The translations under genes were made by a program, and so were the position numbers. From assembly GCA_038087875.1 (NCBI GenBank), contig CM075992.1:12278001-12342000 (forward strand): DNA of 64,000 nt, written 5' to 3'. This DNA is from Malacoraja senta. Taxonomy: Eukaryota. The notes beneath the pieces were generated by a model. The model saw only the letters and a list, made by a program, of their open reading frames with translations, made no database searches and had not been told where the DNA came from. How positions within the stretch are numbered: position 1 is the stretch's first letter; the number at the start of each line of letters is the position of its first letter. Below are positions 1-12,337 of this stretch, piece by piece.

Positions 1-74
1 GAATGTGACAGACATCATGTGGTCATCAAAGACGGGCAAGGCTACTTCCCATGAATGGAGAGCAGTCGTGCAGA

Positions 75-875
75 CTGGGAGAGACCGAGAGAGATGGGGA
101 TACTGAGAGAGACGGGGAGACTGATGAGACGGGGGAGACTGGAAGACGAGGAGACTGAGAGTGACGGGGAGACTGAGAGAGGGGAAGAAACTGGGAGAGA
201 CGAGGAGAGACTGGGAGAGACGAGGTGAAACTGAGAGAGACGGGGAGAGACTGGGAGGGACGAGGAGAGACTGGGAGAGATGAGGAAAGACTGGGAGAGA
301 CGAGGAGAGATTGAGAGACTGGGAGAGACGAGGAGAGACTGGGAGAGACGAGGAGACACTGGGAGAGACGAGGAAAGACTGGGGGAGACTGGGAGAGACG
401 AGGAGAGACTGAGAGACTGGGAGAGACGAGGAGAGACTGGGAGAGATGAGGTGAAACTGAGAGAGACGGGGAGAGACGAGGAGAGACTGAGAGAGACGAG
501 GAGAGACTGGGAGACTGGGAGAGACGAGGAGAGACCGAGAGAGACGGGGTGAAACTGGGAGAGACAAGAAAAGACTGGGAGAGACTGGGAGAGATGGGGA
601 GAGACTGAGAGACTGGGAGAGACGGGGAGAGACTGGGAGAGATGGGGAGAAACTGGGAGAGACGAGGAAAGACTGGGAGAGACTGGAAGAGAAGAGGAGA
701 GACTGGGAGAGACGGGGAGATTGAGAGAGGCTGAGACACAGAGGCGGTGAGACTGGGAGAGATTGTGAGAGGTTGGGAGACTGGGAGACCGAGAGAGATT
801 GGGACCCTGAGAGACTTTGAGTGAGAGAGATGGGGAGAGGCTTTGAGACTGAAAGACTGAGAGACTGAGAGAGAC
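75..875. repeat. GA-rich low-complexity satellite (GAGAGACTGGGA / GAGACGAGGA variants)
   Basis: Degenerate 10-12-mer purine-rich units; source of the S/P/L/V-rich minus-strand ORFs. Shorter copy at 33480-33995. Confidence 0.95.
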
Positions 876-1127
876 CGAGGGTTTTCGGAATGAAGTGGGT
901 TTACTGGCTTCATCTCCTCATTAAGTCTCCTCTGCTCAACACCAATAATTGCTTGAATGTCTGTGGAAAATTCTAACGATAAAATTTGGTTCCGTACGAG
1001 AATATTCACCCGGCTAATCTTTTCCAGACACAAGGAACTGCAGATACTGGTTTGCAAGTTCGAGCATGACCTCAGGTGCTGTCTGTATGTGGGATTTGCA
1101 GGATCGCCCTGTGACCACATGGGTTTC

Positions 1128-1990
1128 TGATAATTGCTCGTTTCTAAGCTTCCCCCCAGTCTAGTTTCAGTAAAAACACTGAATCTAGCACTTGAATCAA
1201 CTACGTTTTATTTTACCAAAAGCGCGTCACAGATCACACATTGTACCTATCCCATCGCGGGTTTGATCTCTGCGTCTATATGTTCAAGCCCTCTAAGCCT
1301 CGCGCAGACAGAGGCACTCCAGAAGGGTACACGGTCCTGAGCGCTCTTCCAGAAGATCGACCCTGAGCCTTGTGACCACGGACTTTTATATGCATCGCGA
1401 TCTCGAGGGCCAAACCACACGGGGGTTGTCTCTTAATCACCCAATTACAAACATCTATTAACCCCATACATAACATGCATTTCCCTGACCCAATGATACA
1501 ACAGTTCAATACATTGTATTCACAATGGACTTTGAGATGAAGTCAACTTGGAAACATTTACCCTGATTACCAGAACCCTCAGACAAGGCTCAACACCCCA
1601 TCCAATCATCACTTAGCAGAGTCAGACTCTGCAACATTATTTACAAGCTATTTACAAGGTGTATGTCTGGTTTGCAGCCATCCAATCCATTCTATGCATT
1701 TAGTACCAGATTGACAGGGATGGCAAGGCTTCCCATTCTTTGCTTGCAAATTGTATCTAAGTTCCAGACTCCCTGGCACCTCTCGCAGCCTGTCCCAGCT
1801 CTGCAGACAGCAATTCCAATTTGACCAAATCTCCCAGCAAACCCTGAAACTTAACCACATTTTGAAGTCCTGGCTGGTCCAAGTTAGCCAGGATTAACAT
1901 TGTGGCTCAGTGATCAGCTAACCAGATATACATAAGTGTGCTTTACATTTCCCATCCATCAGTAACACAAGATGATGTTGTTTCTTCTCA
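1128..1990 (-). mobile_element. Possible LTR-like element
   Basis: Minus-strand TATAAAAG (~1383-1390) upstream of AATAAA (~1207-1212), candidate TG...CA ends; no TSD or partner found. Copy at ~34248-35110. Confidence 0.3.
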
Positions 1991-2005
1991 GAATCTTGTA
2001 AACGT

Positions 2006-2128
2006 CCCGAGTTTTCATGGGCATGACTTCACAAGTCCTGTCTGAGGAGTCTCCACCTCCCGAGTTTTCATGGGCATGACTTCACAAGTCCTGTCTGAGG
2101 AGTCTCCACCTCCCGGGTTTTCGTGGGT
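2006..2128. repeat. 53-bp tandem repeat (2 full + partial copy)
   Basis: CCCGAGTTTTCATGGGCATGACTTCACAAGTCCTGTCTGAGGAGTCTCCACCT starts at 2006, 2059, 2112; 3 full + partial copies at ~35128-35300. Confidence 0.9.
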
Positions 2129-2569
2129 GCAAACTCCCTCCATCTGTGTTCCTGCCCAGTCTTCCTTCACCTTCCACAGTCGAACCTAAACCCCAGAAAA
2201 CATCCTAAGAAGCTTGGGACAAAGCAAGTTACCATCATGCACTCATGCTTTCACACATATTCGCTATTTCTATTTCACTTGAACCTAGCTCTATTCTATT
2301 ATCTATTGAACCTACTATATTGTATTCCTATCTGTTCCCTAACTTACTCTTTATTATTCTAGGATCAACACTGAATATCCTTCTTCATCCTCACACGGTG
2401 TTATACTATGTATATCTGATGACAAGAAATCATATAAATTTCAGCTGGGTTCAGTCTACATTCCACTAAAGGCGTGACTTTAATTTGAAGCAAACCATGA
2501 TAAATGTTCCAATTTAACCAAATTCAGTCTAAGCCTTCAATTTACTATTTTGAATTTCAATGCCCATTT

Positions 2570-2809
2570 AGAAACATAGAAACATAGAAAATAGGTGCAG
2601 GAGGAGGCCATTCGGCCCTTCGATCCAGCACCGCCATTCATTGTGATCATGGCTGATCGTCCCCTATCAATAACCAGTGCCTGCCTTCTCCACATATCCC
2701 TTGACTCCACTAGCCCCTAGAGCTCTATCTAATTCTCTCTTAAATCCATCCAGTGACTTGGCCTCCACTGCCCTCTGTGCAGGGAATTCCATAAATTCAC
2801 AACTCTCTG
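2570..2809 (-). mobile_element. CR1-type LINE 3' end fragment
   Basis: (CTATGTTT)n tail on the minus strand; related to 9388-9625; copy at ~36350-36590. Confidence 0.75.
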
Positions 2810-3439
2810 TATTTCTCAGTCCCTACCTGGTCGGAGATGTGGCTTCCACCGAGCCGCATCTTCGCTCCCTCTTTGCGGCCTACCAACAGGACTGGAGCAG
2901 CGTTTGCTGCCGGGACCTGCCAGAACCTCAGCTTCGGCGGCAGCAGAGCGCTGAAGCACCATCGCGAAGCGGGCGATGCCTTACCCAGGTCGCTGTGTGG
3001 TAAGCTCCGGAGTGTTGAGACCACCGACTCCAACATCGCGGAGCTGTGGTTGCGGTGCGTCCAACCGCGGGCGGCGCTGACTGCAAGATCGCGGAGCCTG
3101 GGATCTTTCGCCGAGTGTCGGAGCTCCGACCAGCGCGGCCTGTGGACTTCGGGAGCCGCGGTCTGAGGAAGCGGCTGTTCCAGACACTCCAAGCTGCTGA
3201 GAGCGTTCTCCCGACATCGGAGCTCCATCATCTGGCGAGAGGGCCTGAAACATCGGGCCGCCGTCGCGGCGACCGTGGAGGCTTCAATAGGCCCGACCAT
3301 GGGTGAACAAGAGGAAGAGGACTGGACTTTGTTGCCCTCCCTCACATTGTGGGGGGATGTTTTTATGTTCAATGTTAAATTCTTTAATGTTGCGTTTTAT
3401 TTATATTTGTGTGCTGCAAATTGCAACTCAAATTTTACT
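2810..3439 (+). mobile_element. Unclassified GC-rich interspersed repeat with a LINE/SINE-like 3' tail; tail continues at 8260-8302 after the DIRS insertion
   Basis: Contiguous at ~36591-37255 in unit 2; no convincing ORF. Confidence 0.45.
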
Positions 3440-3653
3440 TCGGAGTCATGTGAGTGACTACGTGAAGACCCCGTCCAGCACGCATGCACGACATTAGCGT
3501 TCACGCAGTGCAACAGCGACGACCGGGAGTACAGGCGCTCCCGCTACACGTCGGTGAAAACTAAACAGCGGACCATCAGGTAAGTCTTACACTGTGGTCG
3601 TAATCAGCAAGCTGTGCTCTGCTCTGCTCTCTATTCCAGAGGAACTGGGAACA

Positions 3654-4710
3654 TGAGCAGCACGGCAAAGGAAGAAAACCGCCCCCCGTTCGACTCCAAC
3701 AGAACGGGAGTGTTCCATCAGTGGGGGGCGAGAGGCAGCACCTGGACCGCATATGCGGCGGTCCACCCTCATCGAGACCGAGCCGAGCCCAGTACCGCTA
3801 GCGCAGCCTGACCAACAGCAGCGGGCTGGAGGAAAAGTTAAAAAAAAATTTTTTAAAAACCGGCCGGCTATGAGGAGGGTCCGCGTTAGAGCGGCAGAGC
3901 TAGCCGCCTGAGCCGAATGGAAAGGCTCATGGAGCAACTGCTCCAGCGAGACTTGCTTCAGGAGCTAGAGCAGTCTCGCCAGGGGGATCAGGCACTCCCA
4001 CAGCAGTGCTCTACAATGCACTGGCCATCGCTTTCCCCTCAAAGCAGGGCAGCGTTGGCGACCAGGGCTGGGCTGGTCAGGAACAGGGGTCATTGGCTGA
4101 AGATGTCGGGAGTACGCTTGGGGTACAGGATCAGGAAGAGCTGCTGGGTGTGGAGATTCGCTACGTGGTTTCACCACGAGCAGGGCGGCCATTGGAGCCA
4201 AAACTGGCGGCCAGCATCAACCACCTGTCCCTCAAACCCCTACAAGACAGGTACTTAATGAGGCACTAGAGCTGGAAAACTGCAGTTCGCTCAATGTACC
4301 GGCTGTTAACAGCCACATCTGGGGGGGGGGGACAGAGTATCCGGAACCAGGAGCTAAAATCCTCAAGCTCCTGACGACAGGGATAACAGCCTATGCTCGT
4401 TCCGTGGAAGGGGTGGATATGACCACAAACCAGCAAGACACTCTGGCTCTGCTGTGCTACACCCAATATGAGATAAATAACCTCCGCAAGGAGAGAATAA
4501 GACCTGCCCTCAATCCCAGGTTTGCAGGACTGTGTAAAACACCGGCCTCAGAGCCGCAGATCCTGTTATTTGGAAGGACAAGTGAAAGACCTAGAGGAAG
4601 AGTCCAAAGCATTTGGCCTCATGAGGGCAGGCCCCGGAACGAGCAGACCCACACAAAAAACCAGACGGCAGTACCCCACCGCGTCCACCAGTCAAGGTCA
4701 AATTTAGGTA
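3654..4710 (+). pseudogene. gag: DIRS-a gag-like ORF, frameshifted
   Basis: MERLMEQLLQRD and YEINNLRKERIRPALNPRFAGLCK match DIRS-b gag pieces (MENLVERLLQSD; FEINCLRKNAIRPALNPKFAGLCK). Confidence 0.7.
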
Positions 4711-4879
4711 ACTGGTGAAAGCTCGGGGTCCGCATACTATCCCCGAAAGCCTTTTTAGGCCAGGGCCCAGAGCGGACCCCATGGAAAATGCGCCACCCCC
4801 AATCAGCAGTACATCAGCAGTACATCCAGCAGTATAACGACGGATGAACAAACGGAAGAAAGGAACACTACCATAACTA

Positions 4880-6790
4880 TGGAGGTAGGTGGGTCTGGTT
4901 CCTACCAGCATGTAAATGGGGAACTGTACTAACAGGAGGTCTGTACTAACAGGAGGTGTCTCACGAATGATAGTTATATACTTAACAGTATTCGGGGATA
5001 CAAAATAGAGTTCATTCAAGAAAACATACCACCAGTTCAGCACGTACCCCAAAGGGTCTTTACCCTCTCAGTCAAAGAGAACTAGAGGCTCAAGCAGAAC
5101 TGGGGAGGTTACTTACAAAGGGTGTCATTGAGAAATCCAAACATGATCCTTTGGAATTTGTCTCAAATATATTTACCAAAAGCAAAAAAGATGGTGGATG
5201 TCGCGTCATCATTGACTTAACCTCACTAAATACCTTTGTTAAGTATGTACATTTCAAAATGGAAACATTTGTAACTGCTAAACAACTGATTTCCAAAGGA
5301 TACTTTATGGCAAGCATTGATTTAAAAGATGCCTACTATTCAGTACCCATTCACAAGGGTCATCGCAGATACCTGAAAATTTACCTGGATGGGGCAACTA
5401 TGGCAGTATAAAGTGTTGCCTAATGGGTTGATATCAGCCTTAGACTATTTACCAAGATATTAAAACCAGCCTTGGCAACATTAACGAAACAAAGACATAT
5501 TGTCATGGCTTAACTTGATGACATCCTAATAGTTGGCAAAACCATGGAGTTGGCTAAATCAGCTGTATTAGCTACCAAACAATTGTTTGAAACCCTGGGT
5601 TTGTCATACATCCAGATAAATCTAAGTTGACGCCATCCACAACTATGGACTATCTGGGATTCACAATTAACTCAATCCACATGTCTGTAACGTTGCCAAA
5701 AGGTAAAGCAGCAGAATTGGCACAGATGTGCAACAATTTAATGGTAAGCAATCGACCAACCATCCGACAAGTGGCAAGAGTAATTGGCAAAATGGTAGCA
5801 GCATTTTCAGCTACACAATTTGGACTCCTGCACTATCAGCACCTACAAAGGGCAAAAGTACAGGCGTTGAAACGACATGCAGGTCACTTTGACAGATCCA
5901 TGAAACTACCCATTGAAGCAATATCAGAGTTACAATGGTGGATATAACACATTTGGCATAGTTCCAGCCCTATCATCATCAATAACCCAACGTTAACTAT
6001 ACAAACAGATGCCAGTGCTCAAGGCTGGGGAGCAACTAATACCATATCCAGCACAGGTGGTAGATGGACTAACCTAGACTCGTCTTTACTACAAACACTG
6101 GGCATAAATTATTTGGAAATGTTGGGTGCGTTTTATGGTTTTAAAGCATATTCTAGGAATATGCACAACTTGCATGTTCATTTACAAATTGATAATATCA
6201 CGGTGGTGGCCTATATTAACCATATGACCGGAATAAAATCGATATCATGTGACAATTGGGTCAACACATTCTGGTAATGGTGGGTCGATAGACATATTTG
6301 GCTATCAGCAACTTACCTACCAGGTAAGCTAAATACAGTGCCAGGTCACGCAAATTCAATGATAAACACCGAATGGATGTTAAATCCTAGAGCTTTTGCT
6401 AAAATTACAAACCAATATGGCACACCAGATATCGATCTCTTTGCATCCAGACTAAATCACCACGTACCAATGTATGTCCCTTGGGAACCACACCCTGAGG
6501 CAGCAGCGATAGATGCATTCGCGCTGAACTGGGGGACCGATTTCTTCTATGCTTTTTCCCCTTCTGCCTTAATCTGTAGGGTACTATGCAAAATACAGAT
6601 GGACTCTGCTTCAGGTATTTTGATAGTACCAACTGGCCTACACAGCCATGGTTCCCAGTGGTCCTCGACATGGTCATCGAAACTCCTATGACCTTTCCCA
6701 GTAGCCCAGACCTATTGACGCAACCTGTATCAGGCATAAGTCATCCATGCCATGCCAAAATTAACCTACTGGGTTGCAGATTATCAAAAG
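4880..6790 (+). pseudogene. pol: DIRS-a RT-RNase H-methyltransferase-like ORF, disrupted
   Basis: FVSNIFTKSKKDGGCRVIIDL, SIDLKDAYYSVPIH, YLDD position mutated to stop-LDD (~5511), QTDASAQGWG, QIDN, PDIDLFAS, WPTQPWFP. Confidence 0.9.
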
Positions 6791-7760
6791 ACCACTGCTG
6801 GGACTGGGATTGTCTGACAGGACCATCAACATGATGACACCGTATGTCCACCAGGAAACAATACCTATCGAGCATCAGGAAGTGGGAAAGATACTGCTCG
6901 ACTACTGGGACAACGTACTCATCTGCAACCATAACCAATGTACTGGAGTTCCTGGGGGGCCTTCACCATAATGAAGGATTGAGCTACAGCGCCATCATAC
7001 TGCCAGACGTGCGCTGTCAGCCTACTTAAAACAGGTGCCAGGACAACAGGCCATAGGGTCTCACCCGCTGGTGATCAAACTCATGAGGAGTATCGTCAAC
7101 TCCAACCCTCTTAGACCTACGTATACACAAATCTGGGATGTCAGTGTGGTCCTGACATACCTAAGGGGATGGTCCCCAGCCAGGTCTCTCAGCCTGGAAA
7201 AACTAACCCTGAAAACGGTCATGCTGATGCTACTAGTCTCAGCACAAAGAGTCCAGTCCCTCCACTTACTCCGACTGGACAACATGGTTATAACACCAGA
7301 CCGGGTCTCATTCACCATTCAGGAGCTGCTAAAGCAGAGCAAGCCAGGAACTTGAGTCCTAGTTATGGATTTCCGGGCATACCCACCTGACCTACGGTTG
7401 TGTGTCATGACTCACTTATTCACTTACATCAACACAACAAGAGATTCTCGAGGGAGAAAGGGAAAAAAAAAATAATAATAATAATCAATAAATAAATAAA
7501 TAAAAAAGCCTTATGGGTCAGCCACATGAAACCTCATGGTTGGGTGTCGAGCCAAACCATCTCGAGATGGCTCAAGCAGGTACTGGGAGCTGCTGGAGTA
7601 GATACTGATGTATATACATCTCACTCCACCAGGGCAGCATCCACATCGGCGGCTAAAAGAATGAACATGGAGAAAACGTTCCAAACGTTCTACCACAAGC
7701 CGCTAGCAGAACCTGTGTTATTTGCAGAAAGAGTTTTTAAATCTGCAAAAATATATAATT
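6774..7760 (+). pseudogene. DIRS-a tyrosine recombinase, disrupted; A-rich insert ~7460-7508
   Basis: SAQRVQ, LKQSKPG, SHSTRAAS, FQTFYHK motifs in several frames. Confidence 0.88.
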
Positions 7761-8302
7761 TAAGCCCGGGGGAGCATTTTGTCTTTTGTTATTGTTTAAT
7801 AGATACCATTATTGTTTACAAACAGATTATGGTTGATTACGATAACATACTTCCTCCCTTGAATGACTTCGGCAGCGAGTGAAGTATGAACTGTTACACG
7901 GTTTGAAATCACAGAGCTTTAAAATCTTCACGTAGTCACTCACGTGACTCCGAAGTAAAATAGTAAGATTAAACGAGAACTTACCAGTTTGAAGTTTGAT
8001 CTGTATTTTATGAGGAGTTACGATGAGGGATTACGTGCCCTCCGCTCCCACCCTCAAATATATAGATCAACAGGTATCTTAGTTCTCCTTTTCTTTACTA
8101 TGTTTATTTCAATTATTGTGTTTCCTGTGATTCCACACCGCTGCTTTGAAGAATGTCGCGCATGCGTGCTGGACGGGGTCTTCACGTAATCCCTCATCGT
8201 AACTCCTCATAAAATACAGATCAAATTTCAAACTGGTAAGTTCTCGTTTAATCTTACTATTTTACTACACCAATTGGTGTATGTGACATTAAAAATGTCC
8301 TT

Positions 8303-8578
8303 GCCTTGCACCCTGCTTGAAATGGTACGAGACTGCATTTGAATTTGGTGGCCTTGCACCCTGCTTGAAATGGTACGAGACTGCATTTGAATTCGGTGGC
8401 CTTGCACACTGCTTGAAATGGTACGAGACTCCATTTGAATTTGGTGGCCTTGCACCCTGCTTGAAATGGTACAAGACTGCATTTGAATTTGGTGGCCTTG
8501 CACCTTGCTTGAAATGGTATGAGACAGCATTTGAATTTGGTGGCATTGCACCCTGCTTGAAATGGTATGAGACAGCAT
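8303..8578. repeat. 48-bp minisatellite array (~5.75 copies)
   Basis: Unit GCCTTGCACCCTGCTTGAAATGGTAYGAGACWGCATTTGAATTTGGTG. Confidence 0.95.
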
Positions 8579-8860
8579 CGGGAATAAAAGTACAACATTC
8601 TTGACCTATTATTGCACATGTCCCTCCTTTTTCTGCTAGGATAAAATCTAAGGCCATTCTGTTTTATAATACTACAGTCCTCATAGCTACCATCTCAGCT
8701 GTTACCCCTACTACCTCCTCCTGGGTTGCACTCAAGGAGACGGCAGTGGCATTAGCAAATGTCTCTAAAGCGGAGGCCATATTAATTAGTTCCCGTGACA
8801 CTATTATACTACCATAGGACAGGAAAAGGATCATAAAAATTGCTCAGCCTTCATTAGGCT
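8579..8860 (-). pseudogene. env: ERV env transmembrane remnant (gamma-type)
   Basis: Heptad region then VVL*NRMALDFIL (immunosuppressive domain, Q to stop) and CAIIGQECC (CX6CC), then TFIPD. Copy at 40856-41140. Confidence 0.88.
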
Positions 8861-9387
8861 TTGTTTGGAACACCCCGTGTGCTGGTGTAACTGGTTCATT
8901 CTTCTCTTGTGTGGCACTGCATATGCAAGATAACAATGCACTGTCACAAACATACTGTTTCCGAAAAATACAACAGTGCTTTGGTTGTGGCAAAAACAGG
9001 TAGATTTAACTGGCCTTTGTGGATCTCTTACTGTCGGTAGTCAGGGTATCTCAGCTGCGTTTGTCATGTTTGAGTCCAATCTTGTTTAAAAGGAGGTGTG
9101 TACCATCCTTTAAATTCTGAAGAAAGTCCAGTCCATGTGGGCCACCCCAGAATAAAAGGAGGGTCAATAGCCCATTGTCCTTCCTTGTTTCCACGAACTG
9201 TTCACAGTCAATGAAATGTATTCAACGACGATGATCTTCAATCTTCACGGCAGTTGATGTTGTTGGTAGCACTTGGTTGTTCCTTTCAACACAAGTCTCA
9301 ATTACTTCTTGTCCCAACACATAGTCATCTTGTAGCCTTTATGGATTCGTCCCTGTGCTCACTGGTTTTCAGCCCAGCTCCTCTAAC

Positions 9388-9625
9388 ACAGAGAGTGGTG
9401 AATCTCTGGAACTCTCTGCCACAGAAGGTAGTTGAGGCCAGTTCATTGGCTATATTTAAGAGGGAGTTAGATGTGGCCCTTGTGGCTAAAGGGATCAGGG
9501 TGTATGGAGAGAAGGCAGGTACAGGATATTGAGTTGGATGATCAACCATGATCATATTGAATGGCGGTGCAGGCTCGAAGGGCCGAATGGCCTCCTCCTG
9601 CACCTATTTTCTATGTTTCTATGTT
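9388..9625 (+). mobile_element. CR1 3' fragment inserted in ERV-A
   Basis: TQRVVNLWNSLPQKVVEASSLAIFKRELD C-terminus, (CTATGTTT)n tail, TCTAAC on both sides; empty site in ERV-B at ~27633. Copy at 41665-41902. Confidence 0.85.
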
Positions 9626-10412
9626 TCTAACCTGGGAATGCAGATCTGGCAAGACATGGGTTAATTGCTGTCCATACATAAGTAGTTAATCGCCCAGGGC
9701 TTGTAGGTGGCTTCCCCCCACTCTCCAGGGGGTGGGCACAGCAGCCTGTCCTGTATCAATTAAAAGTTGTAAATCCTGCTTCTCTACCTGCAGTTGAATG
9801 ACCCATTCTATTCATTCCCTCCACCAAAACTCTGCAGGTGATTTGGAAATGTGAAATCACCTTTCCTGTGAACTGAAGAAAGGTTTTGGCCCGAAACAAT
9901 GCCTATTTCCTTCGCTCCATAGATGCTGCCTCACCCGCTGAGTTTCTCCAGCACTTGTCTACCTTTGAATTTCCAGCATCTGCAGTTCCTTCTTAAACAC
10001 TTTCCTGTGAACTTATTCTTTCAAGTCACAAGTCACATTTATTTATATAGCACATTTAAAAAACAACTCTCGTTGGCCAAAGTGCTTTACATTTGTTATA
10101 AGAATAGCACAACAAAACAAACTACATACATATATACATGTAGCCCTCACTCAGAGGACGTCAGGAAAGGCTTGGGAGTATAGCTAAGTCTTTAGCCTTG
10201 ACTTAAAAGAGTAGATGGAGACTTCCGGTGGCGCCATGTTGGATTAACAGACGTGCACCTAGCTCCGCTCCCGAAAAATTTCACAATTTTTCGTGTAAAA
10301 CGGGTCCATAAATCGGGACTGGATTTAAAAACCTTACCGGAGCTTCTGGTCGCTGGGCTGATGACGTCATCAGTAAGCGCGACGTTTTAAACGGTGGTTT
10401 AAAGCCTTTTAA

Positions 10413-11481
10413 ATGAGTAAACTGTCTCCAGCTCAGAGCCCTCAGAGATCAGTGAAAAAGCTGCTGAGGAACCAGAAGAAGCCTGAAGGAGAAGTTACCT
10501 CTGAAGTTTCTGAAGTGGCTACAGAAATGGATACAAGATCTAAGACAGAGTCTGGTAAGGACAAAGAGTTTGATGATTTGAAGAAATCTGTTAAAGATAT
10601 GAAAGATGAAATTTTGGATGAAAATAAATCTCTGATGGGAAAAATGATGGAAAAAATTGAAAAGATGATGCAGGATTCAAAATGCTGGTAATCAGAAGGT
10701 GGCTGATTCACTGGACACTATAAATAAACAAATTGAGGATGTGAAAGATGGATTATCGGAGAGAATGGACAAGATGGATGAAACTACTACGGACAGGTTC
10801 ACGGCTGTGCTTGAAACAGTAGCTGCAAGTATGCGCACAATTACGGAATTGGAGAAAAATATGGCTCGAGTGGTTGAAGACATGGCAAAAATGAGGCAAG
10901 AATATGAGCAAATGAAGCAAGAAAATGAACAAACTTCACTACAGATGGTGATTCAACTGGGGAAAGTCTCAGACAAATGCCTGGACCTGGAGACTCGCTC
11001 TAGATGCCAGAATTTGAGAATTCTTGGAGTCTCAGAGGGAGTCGAGGGGAAGGACGTTCGTGAGTTTGCCATGGGCTTACTTAAACAATGGCTTAATCTT
11101 TCCAAAGAACCGAAAATTGAAGTGGCTCATCGTGTACCAAGATTTAAACAGAGATCTGATGCTGGAAAAACTCATCCTCGACATATTATTGTGAAATTTC
11201 GGGATATTTTAGAACTGGAAGATGTTATGAGCAAAATCAAATTCGGAGTGCAGCTGCGGGTGGACAATGACATTATTAAGATATTCAGGGACTATCCGTA
11301 TGAAATTGTGCAAAAGAGAAACCAATTTGGGAAGGTTAAAGAGCTTTTAAGAGGGAAACAAGGGATCAGATATGGGGGGTTTTATCCAGCTAAAATGCGA
11401 ATTTCTTTCAAGGGTTCTGAAAAGTCATTTGTAAAACCTGAAGATGCGTTCAAATATGCCCAGATTATCATGGAAAAATAG
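10413..11481 (+). pseudogene. L1 ORF1 (frameshift ~10680)
   Basis: Coiled coil, LETRSRCQNLRILGVSE, AHRV, PRHIIVKF, FYPAKMRI. Confidence 0.9.
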
Positions 11482-12337
11482 AAATCAAATGGAGGTTTGG
11501 CAGATTTGAACCATTCCAAGCAATGTTTTGTTTTGGGATGGCTAGACTGGTATCTATGGAATTTTGAATCAAGGCCACTTTCTGTTCAAGATGAGTAAAC
11601 AGCTGAACAGAAGTGAATGGTATATACCAGAAGCATTATCTGTTTAATAGACTACAATATTAAATCCAATTGTAAGAACTTATCCTATTAACAACTTAAT
11701 AAGTTATCTATGTTAGATTAGAATAGCTACGGACGCTAACAAAAATAAAAAATAAATAAAAAAATAACGAACTAACAAAACTAAAGCGAATTTTTACTAA
11801 ATTTATACCTTATCTATAACTGGGAGGAGGGGATGAGAAACGAGCACCTGGCCTAGGTCCAGGGGCACGTCTCGTTAACCCCTTCAACCAACAGTTGACC
11901 ATTATTGAAGTCAAAATTATCTGTTTAATAATTAGTAGCTAAAATTGCGATATATACATGATATGTTATAATGAAATATATAGGGTAAAATGGTATTATA
12001 TATCTGAATGTGAGGCCCCGTTTTAATATTTTAATATGTTATGATTAACCAAGAGAGTGGAGCTATTTGTTTAACATCACAATGGAAGTTGAAACAAGGT
12101 TTTCTCCCACCTACAGGTGGGCCACTTGCTACAGTGCCGACTATATGAGACACTGTATTTTCACTTTTTCAGTTTTTTTTAAATTATCACATAAACTCAC
12201 ATGTTTGTGTTTTGTGATTAGTGATAAGCGTAAAAGGGATATACCAACAAAACTTAGAAATTCAAAAGTTCCCCCAATACCCAAAGACCTGGAATATGGA
12301 TGCACCACAAGATTTAAAGGTACTATAATTATTCAAA

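Larger units (their letters stand above)
3433..8266 (+). mobile_element. Full-length, decayed DIRS1-type tyrosine-recombinase retrotransposon (DIRS-a), unit 1 only
   Basis: Left ITR 3433-3495, right ITR plus extension 8152-8266, internal complementary region (ICR) 7925-8037 complementary to both ends; gag, RT, RNase H, MTase-like and YR remnants; empty site at 37213-37219. Confidence 0.95.

Noticed and set aside
26..1120. 364-aa Ser/Pro/Leu-rich ORF (and 33422-34177)
   Set aside because: Translation of the pyrimidine strand of a GA satellite, which lacks stops; start and length differ between units.
7460..7508. A-rich tract as DIRS poly-A or element end
   Set aside because: It lies inside the YR ORF and is absent from DIRS-b; probably a tiny secondary insertion or microsatellite expansion.
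8303..8578. CRISPR-like array
   Set aside because: Contiguous tandem units with no unique spacers and no cas genes; eukaryotic context.
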